This document shows, in pieces, positions 57,941-64,000 of a stretch of DNA of 64,000 nt (position 1 is the first letter of the stretch; every line of letters starts with the position of its first letter). The DNA lies in NCBI GenBank assembly GCA_963664405.1, contig OY761158.1:416001-480000 (forward strand). The letters are read 5' to 3'. The notes under the pieces are model-generated. The model was not told the origin of the DNA and searched no databases. It saw nothing but the letters and a program-made list of their open reading frames with translations. The DNA comes from Thermoanaerobaculia bacterium (lineage in GTDB: Bacteria > Acidobacteriota > Thermoanaerobaculia > Multivoradales > Multivoraceae). Position numbers and translations under genes: made by a program.

Positions 57941-59592
57941 GCCTCTTTCTCGGGCGGCCGCGAGCGCGGCGACCTTCGGCGTCCTCCACGCCGACGACGC
58001 GACGGCCTTTTCGGGGTTGCGGGTTGCGAGCTCGACTCCGGTTGCGAGCCTGCTGGCGCCGCCGGTTGAGTCGCTTCCACCGATGGCTGCATCCGCGTCA
58101 CCGCCTCACGTTCCTCTTTGCTCAGCGAGGTCCACTGCACGTCTTCGTCTAGACGCTGAAGCACCGGTGAAGCCCTCACCTCGATACGAATGCCGTGCTC
58201 CTCCTCCATCCGGGCGAGCTCTCGACGACGGAGGTTCTGAAAAGCATCAGCGACCTCAGGATGAAGTCGGATCACGACTGCCTTCATCGCACCTGCCGCC
58301 GCCCGACCCTCGATCCTTCGAAGGAGCTGCAATGAAGCGAGCTCCGGCGACGGCACCAGACCGCGACCCCGACAACTCGGGCACTCGGAGAACGAGCGCC
58401 CGGTCAGCGACTGGCCGACGCGCTGACGATTGATCTCGAGCAGGCCATTGGAGCTGATGTGAGAGACGCGTGCGCGGGCCTTGTCGTCTTTGAGCGCGTC
58501 CTTCTGCGCACGCTCTACCTTGCGCCGCGCTTCGGGCTTGTCGAGATCAATGAAATCCACCACGACCAAACCCCCGATATCCCTGAGACGCAGCTGTCTT
58601 CCGACTTCCTTCGCCGCTTCTAGGTTGATCTTCAAGGCCATCTCGGCCTGACTCGACGCCTGGGTCGCGCTTCCCGAATTTACGTCGATGGCGGTGAGCG
58701 CCTCGGTGGGGTCGATGACGATGGAGCCACCACTGGGCAGGGGAACGTTGCGCTTGTAGATGCTTTCGATCTGCTGCTCGAGGTTGAAATGCGAAAAGAG
58801 TGGAACGCGGCCTTCGTAGTGCTGGGCCTCAACAGTGCTTCGGGGCATGAAAGCCTTCAGGTAGTGCTGCGCCCTCTCTTTCAGGTCCTCGTTGTCGACA
58901 AGGATCTCGTCGACACTCGAGTCGACGTGGTCTCGAAACACCTTCAATACCAAGTCCTGATCGCCGTATAGCTGACGAATGCCAGCGCCAGACTGGGCCT
59001 CTTCGTAAATCCTGCGCCACAGACGCAGCAGGGCGGCGAGGTCGCGAGAGAGCTCGCGCTGACTCTGATCCCTGGCGTTGGTGCGTACCACCAGACCGCA
59101 TCCGTCAGGAAGGTTGAGATTAGCTGCGACTTTCTTCAATGCGCTGCGACTCTCGTCGTCTTCGACCTTGCGCGACACACCGCGAGTGCTGTCGAAGGGC
59201 GTCAGCACCAGATACCGCCCGGGCAGCGAAAGATTGGTCGTCAGTACCGCCCCCTTGCGGCCCTCTGCGTCCCGGGTCACCTGCACCACGATCGGTTGCC
59301 CTTTCTCGAGCAGATCGGTAATGCGTGGGATGCCCCCTCCTTTGGGATTCTTGTAGCGCGCCTCCTTCACCACATCGCGACAAGTCAGAAAGCCGTGCCG
59401 TGACGCCCCGTACTCGATGAAGGCCGCGTTCAGGGACCCCTCCAACGAAGCGATGACTCCAAGATAGATGTTCCCTCGGGTGAGACCTGCGTCCGCCACC
59501 TCGAAGTGATAAGCCTCGAGAGTCGAGTCACGCTCGATGGCAATGCGTAGTTCGTCGGGGGAGTGTCCGCTAATCAGTAAACGTCGTGTCAT
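57937..59592 (-). CDS. Rne/Rng family ribonuclease
   Basis: 'GNIYLG', 'AAFIEYG', 'PGRYLVL', 'TEALTAIDVNSG', 'LRLRDIGGLVVVDFID', 'CPSCRGRG'. Confidence 0.95.
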   Translation of the reverse strand: MTRRLLISGHSPDELRIAIERDSTLEAYHFEVADAGLTRGNIYLGVIASLEGSLNAAFIEYGASRHGFLTCRDVVKEARYKNPKGGGIPRITDLLEKGQPIVVQVTRDAEGRKGAVLTTNLSLPGRYLVLTPFDSTRGVSRKVEDDESRSALKKVAANLNLPDGCGLVVRTNARDQSQRELSRDLAALLRLWRRIYEEAQSGAGIRQLYGDQDLVLKVFRDHVDSSVDEILVDNEDLKERAQHYLKAFMPRSTVEAQHYEGRVPLFSHFNLEQQIESIYKRNVPLPSGGSIVIDPTEALTAIDVNSGSATQASSQAEMALKINLEAAKEVGRQLRLRDIGGLVVVDFIDLDKPEARRKVERAQKDALKDDKARARVSHISSNGLLEINRQRVGQSLTGRSFSECPSCRGRGLVPSPELASLQLLRRIEGRAAAGAMKAVVIRLHPEVADAFQNLRRRELARMEEEHGIRIEVRASPVLQRLDEDVQWTSLSKEEREAVTRMQPSVEATQPAAPAGSQPESSSQPATPKRPSRRRRGGRRRSPRSRPPEKEA

Positions 59593-59669
59593 TTGTATGG
59601 TTGTCCTTGAGCTCCTTCATTCGCCGGCGTAGCTTACACGCGAAAACCCCGTCTCCGAGGAGATCGAAG

Positions 59670-60611
59670 CTAGTTGGCCCAGCCACTCTTCGATTGCTCC
59701 CACGCTTCCTCAGCCGCCCAGGCCTCCATCAGCTCCCGCGCCCGGCGGCGGCGGCGCTGCGCGGCTACGACGGCAAGTATCGTGATCCCGAGCCACAGAG
59801 TGCTCGAGCCGGTCAGCAACGGGAGCCAACGCGACACCCAGATGCGGCGCCGGCGCCATTGAGCTTCGGCATCGAGCAACGATAAACCGGTCACCTCTTT
59901 CCAGGCTTGCGAGAAACTCGCTTCAGGTAGTTGAGCGAGAATGGAGGGAATGAGCTGCGCCCCGTTGCGTCGAACGCCCCAGGCGACAAAGTCGAAAGAA
60001 GCGGCGTAGGCGAGGCGCGCACTGCCGCGAGAGTGGCCAAAGGCCCGGTCGAGAGAGTCCAGGGAGGGAAGATCCCTAGCCAGAAGAGACGAAGAGAGTA
60101 CGACGGCATCACGCCACGCCCATCGACGCTCCACCCAGGAAGCGACTCCTTCGTCAAACCAGCGCGGCAACTTCCCCGCCGAAGCATCGTGCAGAGCCAT
60201 GTGAGCCGACTCATGGACCAACACCGAAAGCAGCCCCTGATACGGATAAGTCTCGACCAAGGCCAGTCGGATCCCTCCTACACGGCTTCGAGGCACTAAG
60301 AAGCCCGAAGCCCAAGGCGGCGCGAAAGCGTCGAGCCGCGCAAGTTCGCTGTCTCGCATCGTTCCGCGGGGGATAAGGAAAATGCGATAGGGCGCTCTCG
60401 GGCTCACGCCAAGCTCTCGATAGAGCTCGGGAAGGGCCACGCGGGCATCTTCCGCCAGGGCCTCGAGCACGCCCTCGAGCTCCGCCGGCGCCTCGAGAAC
60501 GCAGCTGCCCACCGCGATGTGGACGCGCGCGGCCTCGAGCGCGCCGCAGCAGCACAGCCAGGCCGCCGAGAGGAGTACAGCTCTTTGCCACCGCTTCGGC
60601 AACAGGCTCAA
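59670..60611 (-). CDS. peptidase MA-like (gluzincin) domain protein
   Basis: 'LVHESAH', 'PRWFDEGVA', 'AYAAS'; signal peptide and C-terminal TM. Confidence 0.8.
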   Translation of the reverse strand: MSLLPKRWQRAVLLSAAWLCCCGALEAARVHIAVGSCVLEAPAELEGVLEALAEDARVALPELYRELGVSPRAPYRIFLIPRGTMRDSELARLDAFAPPWASGFLVPRSRVGGIRLALVETYPYQGLLSVLVHESAHMALHDASAGKLPRWFDEGVASWVERRWAWRDAVVLSSSLLARDLPSLDSLDRAFGHSRGSARLAYAASFDFVAWGVRRNGAQLIPSILAQLPEASFSQAWKEVTGLSLLDAEAQWRRRRIWVSRWLPLLTGSSTLWLGITILAVVAAQRRRRRARELMEAWAAEEAWEQSKSGWAN

Positions 60612-61624
60612 AGCGCAGAGGTGAAGCCGACCCTCTGCTTCACCAGTTCGATCTTGGGCTCGGCTATGGCCCGCGCCGCTTCGGCGCCTACCGCCAACAG
60701 GCGATCGAGCTCCCGCTCATCCTTCATCAATTCCTCAAAACGAGCGCGAATAGGACGCACCTCCGCCACCACCGCCTCCGCGACGCTCTGCTTGAGATCG
60801 CCGTAGCCACGAGCATTGGCGAAGTCCGCTTCGACGTCCTCCTTCGATTTGGAGGTGAGTACCTGGTAGATCGTGAGTAGGTTCTTCACGCCGGCCCTCT
60901 CCGGGTCCTCGGAAAATAGAATCTGCCGTCCGGAGTCGGTGACCGCCCTGCGAAGACTTCGCTCGATCTCGTCGTCCGAGTCGGTGAGGAGGATCGCATG
61001 GCCACGCACATCGGTGCTCTTGGACATCTTCTGCGCTGGATCGTCCAGCCCCATGATGCGTGCGCCGAGCCGAGGGATCACCCCCTCCGGCAGGACGAAG
61101 GTGTCGCCGTAAAGTTGGTTGAAGCGCTGCGCAATGTCGCGACACAGCTCGATATGCTGCTTCTGGTCCTCGCCGACTGGGACCTCGTCCGCGTCGTAGA
61201 GGAGAATATCGGAGCTCTGCAGGACCGGATAAGTGAGCAGCCCGGTCGACACACTCTTCTGCTGCGCGGACTTCGCCTTGTACTGAGTCATCCGCTCCAA
61301 CCAGCCAAGCGGCGTAACGCAGCCGAGAATCCAAGCGCACTCCGCATGGGCGCACACGTGGCTCTGCACGAAAAGCGTCGTGCGCTGCGGATCAATCCCG
61401 CAAGCAAAGAGCTGCGCCGCTAGCTCGCGCGTGCGCTCAGCCAGAGCCCGCGGATCCGGCGAAGAGCTGATGGCGTGCATGTCGACGATACAGATGAAGT
61501 TCTCTTTCTCACCCTGTCCGGCGACCCATTGGCGAATCGCCCCAATGTAGTTGCCGAGGTGTAGGGCCCCCGAAGGTTGGATGCCTGAGAACACGCGTTT
61601 CTTTTTGGCAGCCTCGAGCGTCAT
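60608..61624 (-). CDS. trpS: tryptophan--tRNA ligase
   Basis: 'SGIQPSG.LHLGNYIGA', 'VPVGEDQKQH', 'KMSKS'. Confidence 0.98.
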   Translation of the reverse strand: MTLEAAKKKRVFSGIQPSGALHLGNYIGAIRQWVAGQGEKENFICIVDMHAISSSPDPRALAERTRELAAQLFACGIDPQRTTLFVQSHVCAHAECAWILGCVTPLGWLERMTQYKAKSAQQKSVSTGLLTYPVLQSSDILLYDADEVPVGEDQKQHIELCRDIAQRFNQLYGDTFVLPEGVIPRLGARIMGLDDPAQKMSKSTDVRGHAILLTDSDDEIERSLRRAVTDSGRQILFSEDPERAGVKNLLTIYQVLTSKSKEDVEADFANARGYGDLKQSVAEAVVAEVRPIRARFEELMKDERELDRLLAVGAEAARAIAEPKIELVKQRVGFTSAL

Positions 61625-61627
61625 GCG

Positions 61628-63145
61628 TCAACCTCGCGCAGCGATTTCTCCGGCCTCTTGCGACGCCGGTCCGAACAGGCCCCCTACGATACACACCGAG
61701 TAGTTGAGCGCAAGACCCCATAGCCCGGCGCTGAACCCGAGCGGCGCCCTTTCCTCCCAGATACCGAACATCGCACCACCCCAGATGAGGAGAGTCAGCA
61801 GAGTGCCCAGGAGCATACCGGCGAAAACCGCGCCTTCTTGCAGCCGTCGCCAAAACAGGCCCAGCAAGAACACCGGAGAGAGCTGCACCAAGAATTCGAG
61901 TTTGAGCCGGATCAGCAGCCATAGCGAGCTTTCCGTCTTGAGCGACACCCACGCCATCAGAATCAACACCGCCATCACCACCCAGCCAAACACCTTGCCG
62001 ACCAAGAGCAACTGACGAGAGTCGGCGCTCGGTCGCACATGGACCTTGTAGATGTCCTTGGTGAACATCGAGCCCATGCTGAGTAGGGCCGAGTCCGCTG
62101 TCGACATGATCGCCGCTACCAGAGCAGCGAAGACCACTACGACCAACCAGTAGGTGAACACGCTCTCTCCGATGATGTCCGAAAGTACGAAGACGGTTAC
62201 TTTGTCGCTCTCCAGCTGGCTCAGGCCAGGGAAGCGACTCAGCGCCATGAACCCGATCAGAAAGGCGAGAAAGGTCGTCGCGAAAGGCATGAACGACATT
62301 CCCGCCAAGGACCTCCGCAGGGTCGTCAAGGAACGAGCGGCGAAGATGCGCTGGATCGCATGAGGATAGATCGAAGCGCCCAGACCTAGCAGGATCAAGT
62401 TGGAGATCCACACTCGAACGCCATGGCTACCCGGTACCTGAAGCTTCTCGGGCTCGGCCTCGACGATGACCGCAGTCGCTGCGGGGATCCCACCCTGCGA
62501 GGTGAGGAGGATGTAGAGGATGCAGCTGCAACCGACGAGCAGAAGGCCGCCTTGCACAACATCGGTCCAGGCGACGGACCTCATTCCGCCAAGAGACTCG
62601 TAGACCAACATCACCACCGCCAGAGTCAGAACTCCGGCCATGAAGCCGACCTTCCCGCTCGAGATCCCCTCGATCGCATGCCCCATCGCCACCAGCTGTT
62701 CCAAGATGTAATTCGCCAGCCCCCAACACAACAAGATCACGCTGAGAATCCGCAAGCGATGGGAGCCGAAGCGATGAAATATGTAGTCCGAGGGCGTGAT
62801 GTAGCCGAAGCGGCGAGCAAGACGGAAAAGTCTGGGTGCGTAGATCATCATCGAGGTGATGATCAGAATCATGAAAGTAATACTCGCAATGTATGTGCCC
62901 CCCTGCTGGTAGGCACGACCGGCAAATCCGAGCAGAGTGTTGCCACTGTACTGAGTGGCGAACAGGGTCAGAAAAAGAACAGCGAGACCAAAGCTCGAGC
63001 CGCCGAGGTAGAAGTCTCTGAGTGACTCCTCCTTGCGACTGGCACGCCCCGCCCAGCCGAGAAGAAGGACCACCACCAGGTAGATTCCGACAATGACCAG
63101 CGCTCCGTTGCCCAGTTCGAGGGTATCGGGACCGGTCACGCCCAT
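61628..63145 (-). CDS. sodium:solute symporter (SSS, PanF-like)
   Basis: 'DFYLGG', 'ATQYSG', 'GGMRSVAWTDVVQG', 'AAIMSTADS'. Confidence 0.9.
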   Translation of the reverse strand: MGVTGPDTLELGNGALVIVGIYLVVVLLLGWAGRASRKEESLRDFYLGGSSFGLAVLFLTLFATQYSGNTLLGFAGRAYQQGGTYIASITFMILIITSMMIYAPRLFRLARRFGYITPSDYIFHRFGSHRLRILSVILLCWGLANYILEQLVAMGHAIEGISSGKVGFMAGVLTLAVVMLVYESLGGMRSVAWTDVVQGGLLLVGCSCILYILLTSQGGIPAATAVIVEAEPEKLQVPGSHGVRVWISNLILLGLGASIYPHAIQRIFAARSLTTLRRSLAGMSFMPFATTFLAFLIGFMALSRFPGLSQLESDKVTVFVLSDIIGESVFTYWLVVVVFAALVAAIMSTADSALLSMGSMFTKDIYKVHVRPSADSRQLLLVGKVFGWVVMAVLILMAWVSLKTESSLWLLIRLKLEFLVQLSPVFLLGLFWRRLQEGAVFAGMLLGTLLTLLIWGGAMFGIWEERAPLGFSAGLWGLALNYSVCIVGGLFGPASQEAGEIAARG

Positions 63146-63185
63146 GGCTCCCGGAGGAAAGCGCGAAACAGAACGACTGCGCTCA

Positions 63186-63476
63186 CTACTGGTCGTCCTC
63201 CCAGCAGAACAGGCATACGAACGCAGTCACCGCGGAGATTCCGAGCGAAGAAGCCAACGCAGTCCACATCCAGATCGGCAAGCCACCCACCAGTCGGCCC
63301 ATCGTTCCCGTAGGGAGATACCAGGGCACGCTGACCGCGATCAACAAGAGAATCAGAGGCAAGAAGAAGCGCCGCTGCATCGGCTCCCGCTGCGGCTTGA
63401 TCTCCTGCCAGAAACGCTCCATGTCGCGCTCACCGGCGTACTCGGCTACGCGCGACTCCGCCGGAACCTTCGTCAT
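63186..63476 (-). CDS. small two-TM SSS-associated protein (DUF997/DUF3311-like)
   Basis: 'SVPWY...GGLPIW'; directly upstream of the SSS gene. Confidence 0.65.
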   Translation of the reverse strand: MTKVPAESRVAEYAGERDMERFWQEIKPQREPMQRRFFLPLILLLIAVSVPWYLPTGTMGRLVGGLPIWMWTALASSLGISAVTAFVCLFCWEDDQ

Positions 63477-63585
63477 CTGCACCCTCCCATCCTTGCCTCC
63501 ACCGCCAGCCTGCGAGATTCGGCGATTCGCGCCATGATACCCGAGTGCGCGAGGTACACTTCGTTGCGCAAGACGGGAGCTCTCG

Positions 63586-64000
63586 ATGCAAAAAGACACA
63601 CCCCTCCACCGCTTTCCCGTGCTCTGGGGCGAGATCGCCGACTTGCGCGCGTGCGAAGAGAATCTGCACTGGGATCAAGAGACGATGATGCCGCCCGGGG
63701 GGCAGCTCGCCAGAGCCGAGCTGCTCGCAACCGTTGCAGGACTCAGACACCGCGCGCTGACTTCTGAGGAGCTCGCCGACACCATTGCCGCCAATCTCGG
63801 CAGCGACCGAATCGACGAGGTCGAGCGCCATCAGCTCCTCGAAGCGCAGCACGAGCGTGAGCGAGCGACCCAAGTTCCTGAACGACTCGTCCAAGCGCTG
63901 GCGATCGCCGGGAGCGAGGGCATTGCCCGTTGGCGAGAAGCGAGAGATCAGAGCGACTTCTCCATCTTCGCCCCGGCCTTGAAGCGCATAGTCGAACTGC
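63586..64000 (+). CDS. M32 carboxypeptidase (partial, runs off the window)
   Basis: Translated from the sequence: 'MQKDTP...LHWDQETMMPPGG..ARAE', later 'WREAR..SDF.IFAP.L'. Confidence 0.88.
   Translation, partial: MQKDTPLHRFPVLWGEIADLRACEENLHWDQETMMPPGGQLARAELLATVAGLRHRALTSEELADTIAANLGSDRIDEVERHQLLEAQHERERATQVPERLVQALAIAGSEGIARWREARDQSDFSIFAPALKRIVEL

Overview
GC-rich bacterial chromosome segment. The rpsA-ihfB-small membrane proteins-yicC-gmk-rpoZ-coaBC-udg order and several uncharacterised secreted-protein families suggest Acidobacteriota (inference). Housekeeping genes include secA, guaB, coaBC, rpoZ, gmk, yicC, ihfB, rpsA, queG, folA, thyA, rne/rng and trpS. Accessory genes include two enolase-superfamily enzymes, glycosyltransferases, a quinohemoprotein PQQ alcohol dehydrogenase, an NCS2 permease, two haloalkane-dehalogenase-like hydrolases and a Na+/solute symporter. 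Four observations stand out. (1) Two complete, mutually divergent IS21-family elements (33310-36700 and 47034-50359), each with TIRs and a 5-bp TSD, share a four-gene layout: Cys-rich basic protein, istA, istB, small helical protein. Both also have an outward-facing promoter-like motif followed by hairpins in the left end. (2) A ~166-bp CTAG-bounded rod-like palindromic element occurs three times, always on a TAG stop codon, with compensatory base changes and exchanged termini. (3) An MscS-FHA fusion is coupled to a membrane pseudokinase, and both genes carry 1-nt frameshifts. (4) An uncharacterised cluster encodes a secreted protein, a DUF6152-like protein, a cytochrome c' and two DUF6644-like proteins. 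No rRNA, tRNA or CRISPR array was recognised. Family names come from motif recognition, not database searches.
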